From Callorhinchus milii (Eukaryota), in NCBI RefSeq assembly GCF_018977255.1, contig NW_024704743.1:3970001-4034000 (forward strand): 64,000 nucleotides of DNA, written 5' to 3'. Below the pieces are notes generated by a model. That model ran no database searches. It saw only the letters and a list, made by a program, of their open reading frames with translations, and had not been told where the DNA came from. Below, piece after piece: positions 1 to 11,394 of this stretch (positions are counted from its first letter, which is position 1; each line of letters starts with the position of its first letter). Both the position numbers and the translations under genes were made by a program.

Positions 1-61
1 TCTTTTTTCTAAATAAAACAAACAACTGTAGCTTTTTCTCACATAGAAATGAAGATGTTTG

Positions 62-220
62 ACACTCAATCCACGGCTGTTTGTGGGACGCCGCTGGGCG
101 CTTTTCGCTCACAGAATATACAGTCGATTCACTCTGCGGCGCGTGTGCGCTGTGAAGCGCTTTGAGACGTCTCGAAGACGCGATAAGGTGTTACGCAAAC
201 GCGAGGTTTCTGTATTATTT
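62..220 (+). mobile_element. 5'-truncated young SINE (3' half and L2-type tail)
   Basis: caatccacggctgtttgtgggacg...gtgaagcgctttgagacgtctcgaagacgcgataagg matches the 3' half of the full-length copies at 48385 and 54389. Confidence 0.85.
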
Positions 221-349
221 GCCTTTGTTTGCGGTTAAAACTTCACTGTTCCAGACCGACACGATTTTCGAAGGTTGAATTTTTTTTTTGGTTCCGCATT
301 CATTTCTTTTAAACTTGGTACCGTTCAGTTTAATGTAAAAAAAAAGCCT

Positions 350-660
350 CAGTTCTGTACAAAAAAAAAGATGAGTACATTTTGGTACCCTGTCAACTGA
401 GGGTTAGTGCTGTCCTGGCATCTACAGATGGTGTCATTTTGACACCTGTCAAGTTCCACGGCTGTGTTGTGCAATGAATCGGCCTGGATGCAATTTCTCT
501 GCACAGGATGATCCCTTAGTGTGTATTGAATATAGATATTTCATTTAAAACCGTGCATCGGAAGGGTTTACTTTTATTGCACAGTAAATAATGACTCCTC
601 ACAGAGGTCAGAACGGCTGGAGATTAATACAGTTGAACAAAAAATTAAGCGCCTTATCAT
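350..660. promoter_or_regulatory. Candidate conserved non-coding element (TALE-site-rich)
   Basis: Repeat-free block containing TGACACCTGTCA (440-451) and additional TGTCA sites. Conservation not tested. Confidence 0.3.
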
Positions 661-847
661 CTTTTTTTTTATATACTTAGTTTCTAAAACGCTTGGCAAA
701 CGTGGAGCATAAGTCCTTCTGTGTAAACGTGTAGAAGCAACAGGAATTTGTGTGCGGTCCGTATTGGATTATATGTGAATTAGTTTCTTTTCGCTTGCGT
801 TCTCCTGTATGTACAGAGAGTCGCAGGGATTAAAGGCAAGAGGCTTA

Positions 848-851
848 GTGT

Positions 852-885
<34 letters not shown>
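848..885. repeat. (TG)n microsatellite
   Basis: Visible TG run with one interruption. Confidence 0.95.
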
Positions 886-1909
886 TTAAAAAAAACACAG
901 TAAATTTTCTGAAGGAACCACACATTTTTATTTTTGTTGCGCATTTCATCTATTCTTGAAACCTCGTCTCAACTGCATCAAAGATTTATGTTTGCGTGTT
1001 GCTGGGCGCTGCCACTGAAAGTCACATAATTTATGTTCCAATTACTGCTTACTGGCTTCTGAATGGCACAGCTCTGTAAACTGGCCAGGTTTGTAATAGG
1101 AATACTGATTTTAAACACGTATTACCCCTCCCTCGCCCTCTACCCTCCCTCTTTCTCCCCCACCCTCCCCCTTCCTCCTCCCTCTTTCTCCCCCCACCCC
1201 ACCACCCACTTTAAACAGAAACGTAAGCCAAACATAAACTTGGAAACATTTCTTATTTACTGTTGCGGTCGCTTTAACAGACAGACATTTAGCAGTAAAA
1301 GCTGTATTTATTTATACGTGTTGCAGTGAAAGGAAAGGTACATAATGACAGTTCTCAGTAAGGAGCCCTTTTTCCTCACCTGTGTCACTACAGTGGACTG
1401 ACACAGCCTCACGTACGTGCATAAGTGTGCCAGGTTTTCTGTTTATCCGCTCGTATTTCGATTCTAATTGCGTGCGCAGTGGGTTTAACAAGTGGACCTG
1501 CTTTTGCTTGAAGTGCAAGACTGTCGCGTTTCATTGTTGTCTCCTCTCACAACCTGCACCGAGTGCAATAACCAGTTAATATCAACTAAAACGACAGCAC
1601 ATTTACATTGTAATGTACATTGTTGACCTGCTCACCTTGGAGTATGATTCCCACTACCAGCCAATTGCCAGACACTAGGAAATCCAAAGGATCCAATGCA
1701 TCCTGCTGCCAATTTTGTCCTGTGGTTTTTAAACAAATGATTCATGCTGAAGTGATGGCAAATCTGCCTCCCTTCTGAGCATCTATATTTGAGGAATCCG
1801 TCACTAGGCGTAGAGGGGTGGGAAATTGAAGAAACTGAAGAAGTGAGTGATCTCTAATAGGATCAAACTAAACAAAAGCTTCTGCTTGCCCAGCTAGAAT
1901 TGCCGTGTG

Positions 1910-1946
<37 letters not shown>

Positions 1947-2519
1947 GGACATCGAGGCATTTGATAACTCAAGGATAGGGATTAGATGTGAGAGGGAAGA
2001 AAAACCAAACCTTCCCAGAAATGAAATCTTTTATATTTTTGATTGCAGTTTGACTGCAGAATTATTCAGAATAGCTTGCAAACGTAGACTCGCCCACAAA
2101 ATACACAGCCAATTCACTTCACGGTGCATGTTCGGCAAAGCGCTTTGAGACGTCTCGACAACATGGTAAGGCGCCATGTCGGATGCAAGTTTGATTATTA
2201 TTCTATATTAATAAGATCAATAAAGATGCATGAATATGTATCAATTTATAACCGCTGCAAATTGTGGCAGCGCAGTCCGATTTCTATTCAGTTAAATAAA
2301 TAACTCATTTCTTTATTGTTCGCTTATCAGTAACTTCAATGCCTCATGAACTCCTTTATGTGGCTTTGAAGATAAGAATTCAAATAGCTCAATCACTGAA
2401 GCTCATGCTTTCAATGCATTTGGTTTTGAAGTCGTTTGATTTTTTTTTTGATGAGAGATCTTGAGTTTGATCTTGCAAAACTCTTTCTCTCTTTCAATCC
2501 AGTGTCGCTGGGTCTCCAA

Positions 2520-2695
2520 TAATAATAATTTGGTCACTCAATCCACGACTGTTTGTGGGACGCTGCTGTGCGCAATTGGCTGCTGCGTTTCGCCCACAAA
2601 ATATACAGTCAATCCGCTTTACAGTATATTCCGTGAAGCCCTTTGAGACGTTTCGAAGCCGTGATAAGGCGCTATATCAAATGCAAGGATTATTG
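2520..2695 (+). mobile_element. 5'-truncated young SINE
   Basis: aataataatttggtcactcaatccacgactgtttgtgggacgctgctgtgcgcaattggc...atcaaatgcaaggattatt. Shorter copies lie at about 2090-2202 and 2930-3042. Confidence 0.9.
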
Positions 2696-3279
2696 TCGTC
2701 TGGGCTGATATTCCAGGGTAGTGTTGGGGGAGCACTTCGGAGAACATGTTCACAAGGCCACAAGATTGGTCTGGATGAAGAAGGCGCTTCAGTCCATCTG
2801 ATTTCATCCCTCCAGCACACCCACCCCTTTCTCTTGCACCACCCCCCTCCCCCCCCCACAATCACTGCATCAAACACTATCCTGGCTTTAACCACCACAC
2901 CCGGCAAAACCGCTGTACATAATTCACTGCCGTCTTTCGTCCACAAAATATACAGTCGATTCACTTTACAGTATATTCTGTGAAGCGCTTTGAGACGTCT
3001 CAAAGAAGTAAGGCCCTATGTTCAACGCAAGGATTATTATTAATAACCTGTTCCAGTTGTGGATTACCCTCTGAGTAAAGAAATCTGATATCTGTCCTGA
3101 AATTACCCGATACGACTCTTAAACCTTTGTCGCCTTGCTCTCCTGTAACGATACGTCCTAAAGTAACGGACTGGGTTTACTTTTTCTATCGCATTTTAAA
3201 TTTTCTACAGCTCTGTGAGATCACCTCTGAGGCAAAATGCTCTTGAGACTGAAGCGTCCATTTAGCTGTCAAGTTGTTG

Positions 3280-3600
3280 CTCAAAGTTAAACGTTAAACA
3301 TCCCATTGGATTCTATTTGGAAAGAGAAGGGAATTTTTTCCTTGGTGTTCTGGCCAACCAGTCCCGCAAGATACAACATGACTTGCATTCATACAACTCC
3401 TTTCACATGAGGAGAATGTCTCAAGAGCACTCAATAAAACTGGTCATTCACTTTCTGGCTGTTTTGCCGGACATTTTTGTGCCCAAATAAGCTGCAGTGT
3501 TCGCCTACAAAATAGTCTCCGCACTCCTCAGTGAATCTTGTGATGCTTTCAGATGTCTCAAAGTTGTGATGAGATGCTATATCAAATGTAAGGGTTATTG
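3280..3600 (+). mobile_element. Old Deu-domain SINE (SacSINE1/AmnSINE1-like), degenerate
   Basis: gttaaacatccc...gaaagagaagggaatttt...ggtgttctggccaac...aaaactggtcattcac motifs followed by an L2-like tail. Confidence 0.6.
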
Positions 3601-3697
3601 TATATGTGTGTGGGGGGGTGTGGGAGAGAAAGATAGATTGACATCTTCTTTAAATGTTCGTGTCTCAAGCAGCAAACTGCCTCTCGCTAATAGATTT

Positions 3698-3800
3698 AAA
3701 AAAACAGATGTCGCTGGGAACACACAGCAGGTCAGGCAGCATCTATGGAGAGAGGAAAGCGAGTTTAACGTTTCCGGTCTACCAACACTCGTCAGAACCT
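3698..3800 (-). mobile_element. Penelope-like element terminal-repeat fragment with degenerate hammerhead core
   Basis: Minus strand reads ggttCTGACGAgtgttggtagaccgGAAACGTTaaactcgctttcctctctccatagatgctgcctgacctgctg; homologous to 6454-6580 and 62435-62550. Confidence 0.75.
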
Positions 3801-4344
3801 CTCACTAACGATTTCCCGGGAGTGAGGTACATGCCGGGTAACTCCAGGTTACAAGCTGGTCGTTCAAGCCAGAGATTTCAACAGATCTCAGAAAGCGAGA
3901 GGTTTGGTTATCGCCTCAAACGTGACGCTGGATGTTTGTTATTCCCATGGCACGGTCTGATATTACACGCTAACAGTCTTCCGTTAGGCCCCTGCCCTAC
4001 GGCAACTCTGTGACGCAATGTAGTCAAAGGGCCGAAATGGCTGGAAAAATGCATGACTCGGATAAATTTGCACACGCAAATTTTGACGGTCGCACGACCG
4101 CTCCTTGAGATTTACAGTGTGGGGTTGTTAACTTTGCCATGTTCCCATTAATTCCAAACGCCACTCCTCTTTACCCGGAGTCTCAGGGTCTATTTCCGAG
4201 CTCGTTTACTCAGCAAACCACGAAATGACAAAAGCGCTTTGCGTGAGGAAGTCTGTTCTGCCTATTTGATCTCATCCTTTCAAAATACCCACCGCACAGT
4301 CTTGCCGTCAAAGCATCAGGTTCCTTCTAAGCCGCTCCAACGGG

Positions 4345-4535
4345 ATAATAATAAATCGGTCACTTCAGTCCGCGACTGTTTGTCTGTGGGACATTGCTGT
4401 GCGCAATTGGCTGCCGCGTTTCGCCCACAAATATACAGTCAATTCACTTTAGTGTGTTCTGTGAAGCGCTTTGGGACGTCCTCCCGACGTGAAAAGCGCT
4501 ATATCAAATGCAAAGATTATTATTATTATTATTAT
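4345..4535 (+). mobile_element. 5'-truncated young SINE (ctccc-loop tail variant)
   Basis: Ends gtgaagcgctttgggacgtcctcccgacgtgaaaagcgctatatcaaatgcaaagattattatt. Confidence 0.9.
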
Positions 4536-5569
4536 ATCCTGTGAAGCGCTTTGAACCCGTGCCCATTACTGCAGTGTCAACGGGTTAGGAGAGGCCGGAT
4601 TTGCTCTGAAAAATCTCGGAAGTGCTTGTGCCAAATTCTTATTGTGGTTCATTTGGTTATAATTGCCAGTGGTGCGTGTGGTGAATCGGAAGGTGCTTAT
4701 TTTGCACATCAATCGTCTATTAACAAATCGGACTCCTGTTCGGGTGGACGTTAAGGATCCCATGGCACTTTTCGAAAAGAGTCTCTCTCGGTGTCCTGAC
4801 CAACCATCCCCCAGATGCAATTGTTCATTCATCTCCTGTCTGTTTCTGGGACATTGCTGTGTGAAATTGTAGCTGTTGTGTTGGCCTACAAAATGCAGTC
4901 ACTACACTTTCTGGTTATTGCTGCCAAGCAATGTACTCCTAATGGGGAAGATGCAATATTAAATACATGTAAGGATTCTTTTTACTTAGTTTTGGTAAAT
5001 TTTTCTTTCATTAAAACAAGAGGCAGAATTAGTCCGTACACATGAACCATTACTAGAAGCACCGTATGTATTTATTTATATATTATATATGTATATTTAA
5101 AAAAAACTTGCAACAAACTGCATTTATATAGTGCTTTTCAAGTCGCTGGACACTTGAGGGGGTTGCACCCAAGGTAGGAGCTGGATTTGGGAGGGGTGAA
5201 AGAGGATGGTCTAGAGATGGACCTTGTCATGTTTTCGAGACGTCTCAAAGCGCTTCACAGAATAAACTGTCAAATGGTTACCGAGATACATTGGGTGAAG
5301 CGTTTTGAGACGCCTGAAAGATGTGATAAAGCGTTATATCAAATGCTGCAAGGATTAATATTATAATCTGAGTGACACTGATGCCGGCCTCGGCTAGCAA
5401 CAATGAGCCTCGCTACAGTCCTGTGTTAATTCAGCAAAGGCTCGGTGTCGAACCTCACTAACAGCCTCCGAACACACTCAGACTGTCCGAGTTGAAGAAA
5501 TATTACGAGCGCGTCGTGTTTTTAAAAAAAAAACCCTACGAGGTTCCTTTTCCCAGTTGTTGAACAAAT

Positions 5570-6060
5570 ACAATTTTAATGATGAATGACGGTGCTGAAG
5601 GTTGTGCCATAATGTGCCTTTTGAGAGGCAATTTGCTAACTGTTTTGTCACCCCTATTAATGAAAATCAAACACTCCTGTATTTGGAAGGTTAGTGAAAG
5701 TCATTAATGTCTCCTTTTCTCTGTGTACTTATAGCGATCCAGTTTCTAATTCACGCACATCCAGATTGGCAGTAAAATATTCCCTCTCTGTCCTCAAACT
5801 AATGTTTTTAGCATAAAAGGTTATTACTGGTGAATGGCGAGTGTATTCTCAGGGGGAACCGGAGATGAAATGACCAAGGAAGAATTAGCACAACTTCCTA
5901 AATTAGCATAATTAGCAATTATCTCCTAATAGCCCCTCTTGGCTTTAGAGACTTGGCACTTGAATTCCTGTTTAAAGTTCAGTGAAGAAAAACAAATTTC
6001 ACGCTGATATGTCTCAATAACACGGCTGAGCTATTGGAGGTAATCATCTGTTTTAGGGGA
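5570..6060. promoter_or_regulatory. Candidate conserved non-coding element/enhancer
   Basis: About 490 bp, repeat-free and AT-rich, with many TAAT/ATTA cores and AATTAGCA three times (5883, 5901, 5910). Conservation not tested. Confidence 0.45.
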
Positions 6061-6339
6061 AAGCGAGAGATGGGGGAGGGGGAGAGGGGCAGAGAGTAAG
6101 CGAGAGAGTAAGCGAGAGAGAGAGAGAGGGGGGTGGTCAGGCAGTTGCAAGGGTTAAATTTCTTGTCAGGGTCTTAGGCTAACACTCGAGTGCAGTGCTG
6201 GGTGGGCGAGGGGTCACATTGTTGGAGAGGCCGAGAGGGGATGATGAGTTAAAGAGGTATTATTGATGCAAAACAAAAGGGGGAGGGGGTGGGATTGTAA
6301 CAAAGCAGAGGAATAGAGGTGTTAATACTGCAGAGCAAA

Positions 6340-6580
6340 AAAAACCCTGCCCTCTACCCCATTTACTCCTTGGTCTGCCTTGCCCTGTCCCCCCCCCACC
6401 CCCTCCCTGCTCTCTGTTATCCCTTAAAAGCCTCTCCCTCCCAACGCCCCCCCAGTTCTGACGAAGGACCCGAAACTTTGACTCGCTTTCCTCTCTCCAT
6501 AGATGCTGCCTGACCCGCCGAGTGGTCCCGGCCGCTTCCGTTTTCGTTTTCAGACTTCCACCCTCTGCGGTATTTTGTGT
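6340..6580 (+). mobile_element. Penelope-like element terminal repeat with degenerate minimal hammerhead motif
   Basis: cccagttCTGACGAaggacccGAAACtttgactcgctttcctctctccatagatgctgcctgacccg...ttcagacttcca; core at 6454-6484. Confidence 0.75.
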
Positions 6581-7011
6581 TCCGTGAAACTGAGATCTGT
6601 CTTTCTGTTCGAACGGACGTTTAAAAAGGTCTCGTGGGGCTATCTTTTCGCCCCCAAAACATGCGGTCAATTCACTTCACGGTATGTTCCGTGAAAGCCC
6701 TTCGAGACGTCTCGAAGACGTGATAAGGCGCTGTATCAAATGCGAGGATTATTATTATTTTATTATTATTTTGCGAAAAGATTTTTTTAAAAAAAAGGAG
6801 CGTATTTTTTCTTCTCTCCCTCCCCACCCCCACCCCCAACAGTGTCCTGCCCTCCAAATCGCTATTTCAATTAAAAGGTCCTGACAGGCACACAAGGAAA
6901 GTATCCACGGGAAAGATGAGAGGGGAAAGTGTTGACGGCAAGATAGAGGGAGACAGAGAACGCACACAAACTCTCGGGAGAGCAAGTCAAACGGATAAAG
7001 CTGATGACTAC

Positions 7012-7047
<36 letters not shown>
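7012..7047. repeat. (GA)n microsatellite
   Basis: Visible GA run. Confidence 0.9.
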
Positions 7048-7049
<2 letters not shown>

Positions 7050-7771
7050 GAAACTACAAACACAGACAGTGGGAGAGCAGCAGCAAAGCAAAGTGAAACA
7101 AGTTCAAAAATAAAAATTCAATTCAATTTTTTTTAACTAAGATTCGCCTATTAACTCTCGTCACAACATCCCGTTGCAGAAGGTGCCCTGGTGCATTAGT
7201 TGCTTGGATACCATCACTGTTTTTTCTCCCCCCCCCCCCCCCCCCACCCCTCCCCGCACTACAAAAATAAGCTCGAATTATTTCAATTGTAAACTTAAAA
7301 TCGCATTTTACAAGCGCAGTTAATAAACACGCGCCGGGTTTACCTCCACTGAAACGAACGGCTCCTTTGCAAGTGTTTGGGGAAACGTAAGTGGATTTTT
7401 AATGCATGTTCTTACATAAAATGAGGTGTAATTTTTCTTATGCATCTTATAAATCTGAAAGTAGTGTGTATGTAATTTTGGATTCTTTTTAAAGAAAGGC
7501 TCGGTTTCCTTTTCGCTGTCACACTTGTCTAAAACAAACCCAAGTGAGTGTTTGAGGAAAGCATCAAATTTGACAGTAATACAGATACCAAAGATGCGAT
7601 TATCAGCAAATGAGCGAAATGCGTACGAACTTTCCACAATAATAATCCTTGCATTTGATATCGCGCCTTATCACATCATTGAGACATCTCAAAATGCTTC
7701 ACAGGATATACTGTAAAGTGGATTGACTGTATTTTGTGTGTGTGTGTGTGTGTGTGTGGCTCGAAGGCTGA

Positions 7772-7954
7772 AGGCCTGAAATTCCGTCTAGTCTTGACCT
7801 AAATAACACCGATTTTTGCCTTAAGGTTTGCAACTGGGTTTAATTTCGACGCTGTTTTTCTGCAGTTCTTATTGAGGGGGGGGAAAAAAATCCCAAATTA
7901 AGAATGGATTAAAGAATTTTCCGCGATCCTGTGTGGTCTTAGAGTTTAAGGCCC
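7772..7954 (+). mobile_element. MITE-like element with short imperfect TIRs (possibly PIF/Harbinger)
   Basis: Ends aggcctgaaattcc / agagtttaaggccc; interior shared with 16876-17080 (inverted) and 42250-42390. Confidence 0.5.
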
Positions 7955-9074
7955 ATGTGCCAAGACTAGGTGGAATTTTTCATCACGAATGTCCCCAAAT
8001 TATTCAGATTTGATGTGACTGAAAGCCCCAAATCCTCACACGTGCACTGCTTTGCTACTCGAATGTTGCCTATCGTTAAATCGGCTGCTGCAAAATACAC
8101 AAGTCGCTACACCTTACAGGTAACTTCTGTAAAGTGCTCGGAGATGTCGAGGGCCCTATATTGAAATAAGGATTTTATTAATCCGCTGAGGACTTTCGAT
8201 GGCTATTTGTTTGTGCGGGAAAAAATACAGAAAGTGTCGATCCATTTGGCATCTGGTCCTATTTCTCCATCCTAATTAGACGTGCATTAAGCCCATGTGT
8301 TTGTCTACTCCATGAGATTGTTTATATTTGTAAAGCGCTCGTAAGATGTTTTTACATGACGGGATTGAAATTTTCTGCCACATTCACCCTCAAATAGTCA
8401 CTACACTTTACAGCGAGTGCCTTGAAGAACTTTGAGACCCTCGCTTGATGTGAAAGGTGCGGCATCAAATGCAAGGATTAATACACTTATAAAAATGTTT
8501 GAGCCTTTTTTTATTGTGCCATAAATGGCTATAATCACACAAATAAATTCCTGGCATTTCTCCTCGAGGCAAACACTTTGCCAAATACGTCGAAATGATC
8601 AGTCCCCCCCCTATAAGAATAAGGCACATAAATAACTACAGTGTCTCCAGCGAGCATAGAATAGACAGCAGGTATAGTTTTGATTTATACGCTGTATTCT
8701 GTACACTCCTGGGTTTTTAAACCTTTCTCCTTCAATGCACCTGTTTTTCACCGTCAAGTATAGCTTCACAGTTCAATTGAGGTTTTAAAAAGAGTTTGGG
8801 GGTGGGGGGTCGGCGAATGGACAGACAGTAATAACAATAAAAATCCTCGCATTTCATGTCGCTTCTTGTCAATAAAATGTCTCGGCAATTAATAGGATTT
8901 ACTGTGATGTGTAGTGACCGTGTACCTCTCTCTTGCAAAGGTTGCAGTGTACCATAGAGGGAGGCGCCGGGATGAAAAGGCTAAGTTAAGGCATTTTTTT
9001 CTTCCCAATTTCTTCGCGGGGCAAAACTATGTTATACACTGTATACAGTAAACGCCGGATAATTCGACCCGAGT

Positions 9075-9340
9075 CAAGGTCTTGGGTTCAAGTCCCAAAT
9101 CGGGACTTGTAATTCATACACTGCAAGAAAGACACTCTAATGCAGTGCTAGGAATGTACTGGGTTGTTAGAGACGTTAAACCGAAATCCCATCTGCCTGT
9201 GCAGGTGGACATTAAGGATCCCGTGGCAATATTCGGAAAGAGAAGGGAGTTTCTCCTGGTGTCCTGGCCAAGTATTCCCCCAAATCAAATTGGATCGCTC
9301 ACTCTGTGACTGCTTGTTGGACTTTGTCTTGTGGGCGAAT
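9075..9340 (+). mobile_element. Deu-domain SINE (SacSINE1-like)
   Basis: B-box ggttcaagtccc, then gagacgttaaaccg...ctgcctgtgcaggtggacattaaggatcccgtggca...ggtgtcctggccaa (Deu-domain hallmark sequence). Confidence 0.8.
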
Positions 9341-9559
9341 GAGGCATCCAATTTCCACTCCACTCTCAAACGTAATAAGGATCGACAGGCTCGCTTGGGT
9401 ATCAAACAATTACTTGCTAAAGAGGCGATTTCTGCCATCCCCCCCCCACCCCACTCTCTCCCCCCCCCCCCCCACCCGCCCCTCTATCCCCCACTTCCCT
9501 TTCCTGCCGTTGTGCTCTTGCTCCTGAATACCTAACGGCAAGAGCGCGGAGACACGTGG

Positions 9560-9900
9560 CAGCCTGGGGTTCTAATGCAGCTAATCTCTAAGTGCCTGTT
9601 GTTTAAGCTTCCACAAGAAAGTCTCCGAATGGCTTGAAATATACGGTCGGTTTTAAATTAGAACATTGAGCCACTTAATTATAGAAAACGAAAGGTTGTT
9701 ATTGCTTCGCAGAGGTATTGAATTTACAGTCGAGCACCTCCGAGCTTTAAAGAGTCGGTTTGCCAGCTGACACTGGCTGCATTTCTCAATTACTCCACGT
9801 AAAATCTGCACATTTCTCCTTATCAACACACGCCAGCTTTTGCAACCATTTCAGTTTATTTTTCTTCAAATAGCATTTTCATTACGGCTGTCAACGTTTC
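9560..9900. promoter_or_regulatory. Candidate conserved non-coding element
   Basis: Repeat-free block with TAAT/TAATTA clusters, a CAGCTG E-box and CTGTCA. Confidence 0.3.
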
Positions 9901-10189
9901 GGGGAATATTAATAATAATGATGGGATGGGGATTTTTTTTTTTTTTTTTTGGAGAAGGGGTGGGAGGGAGGGAGGGCGGGGGAATATATTTGAACAGGTA
10001 GAATCCTGAAATTAATGTTGTCGTATCATGCAATTCGTTTTGATTTAAAGTCAGCGTGGGCAGAAGAGTGGGGCCCACCCTGATTTATTCCGAAGGGCTT
10101 TTGCAGACACGTGGACTGCCTGTTACGTTAATAGTAATTCCCATTGGATATCGCAATGTCGTCAAGATCCTTCACGGGTTTAAAAAAAA

Positions 10190-10575
10190 ATCCTGTTGAA
10201 TGTTTTGAGGCGTAGTGACTATTTGTAGGCAAATAGTAGGCAGACGATTTGCGCCCAGCAACGTCCCACAAACTGCCATGAAATAAATAATATCGAACAG
10301 TTTTATTTGGGTGGGGGGGAAAGGAGAGGGTGGAGAGCGGTGCTCAAGACCCGAAGTAACTCCCTTCTTTTCGAATACTGTCTTTAACGTCCACCTGAAC
10401 AGGCCTGGAGTTTTATGTCGTGCTCGAAGGACGGCACCTCCGAAGACACAGCACGCCCCGAGCGCTGCCTGGGGGTGTCAGCCTGGACCGAGTTCAAAGA
10501 CCTGACGTGGAGCTTGAACCTGCATAGTTTCTGACTCCTACGCGAGAGCGCTAACAAGTGAGCCCGGCTGACACG
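10190..10575 (-). mobile_element. Deu-domain SINE, near full length and degenerate
   Basis: tttaacgtccacctgaacagg (reverse of the Deu core) and a tRNA-like head around 10510-10575. Confidence 0.65.
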
Positions 10576-10650
10576 CACCTCTGCCTATTCCCAGAAACTT
10601 GTGAAAATGTGGAATGCACAATAATCAGGCGGGATGTTTTAAAGGCAGCT

Positions 10651-11074
10651 ACAACAACAACAACAACACGATTCCATTTATAGAGCGCCTTTCACGTCGA
10701 GAGGATGTCCCAAGGTGCTGTACAGTTGGGTCATGACCCGAGCAGGGGGGGAAATGGCCAGGGTGAGGGGAAGGGAGGGAGCGAGGAGGGGGGAAATGGC
10801 CAGGGTGAGGGGAAGGGAGGGAGCGAGGAGGGGGTAGAGAGTCGAGAGGGGAGCTGAAGGCACGGTCAAAGAGAAAGGTCTTGAGACCGGCCTTGAAGGA
10901 GGAAAGGGAGGAAGCGGCGAAGGCACTGGGGATGGAGTTCCAGAGCCTCGGGGCTGAGAGGCTGAAGGCCCGGCCACCGATGGTAGGGCGGTTGGGGCGG
11001 GGGACGTGGAGCAGACCAGAGCCTGAGGAACGGAGGGTACGGGCAGGTAGGTAGGGGGATAGTAGGTCGGAGAG
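10651..11074 (-). mobile_element. L2 LINE 3' end (ORF2 C-terminus, 3'UTR and tail)
   Basis: Colinear with 15805-16210; (TTG)n tail, stem-loop, and a tandemly duplicated G-rich unit of about 44 bp. Confidence 0.85.
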
Positions 11075-11394
11075 CTACTGTAGACTGTTACTCCTTAACT
11101 GTAGGTAGAGGGAGAAGATGGGAAATGCGCTTTAAAATACCTGCATCTAGATCTATTAAATCATCAGGAGAGACGTGACAAGCTCACTGGCCACCTGTTG
11201 CTATGTTTCCAAGTATAGATTTTGAGTGATGGGAGATTCTCCTCCCGCTTTTGATATCTGCAGCAGCGTTGAAAATCGATGTCGCTGCTGGTGAGTGTAA
11301 CTTGTTTTATTAAGAATAAATATTAAAAAGAACTGAGTAAGGAGCAAAGAAGGTGTTGCAGGTCAATCAGTGGCACTTTCGGCTGAATTCGAAT

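Noticed and set aside
2555..2983. Recurrent ORF family (...[17 protein letters not shown]...[11 protein letters not shown])
   Set aside because: Translation of the SINE 3' region; the poly-L/I/Y ends come from the (TTA)n tail.
11240..11296. 27-nt plus-strand micro-exon (ctgcag|...gctg|gtgagt)
   Set aside because: Weak pyrimidine tract and no recognisable peptide; consistent with chance.
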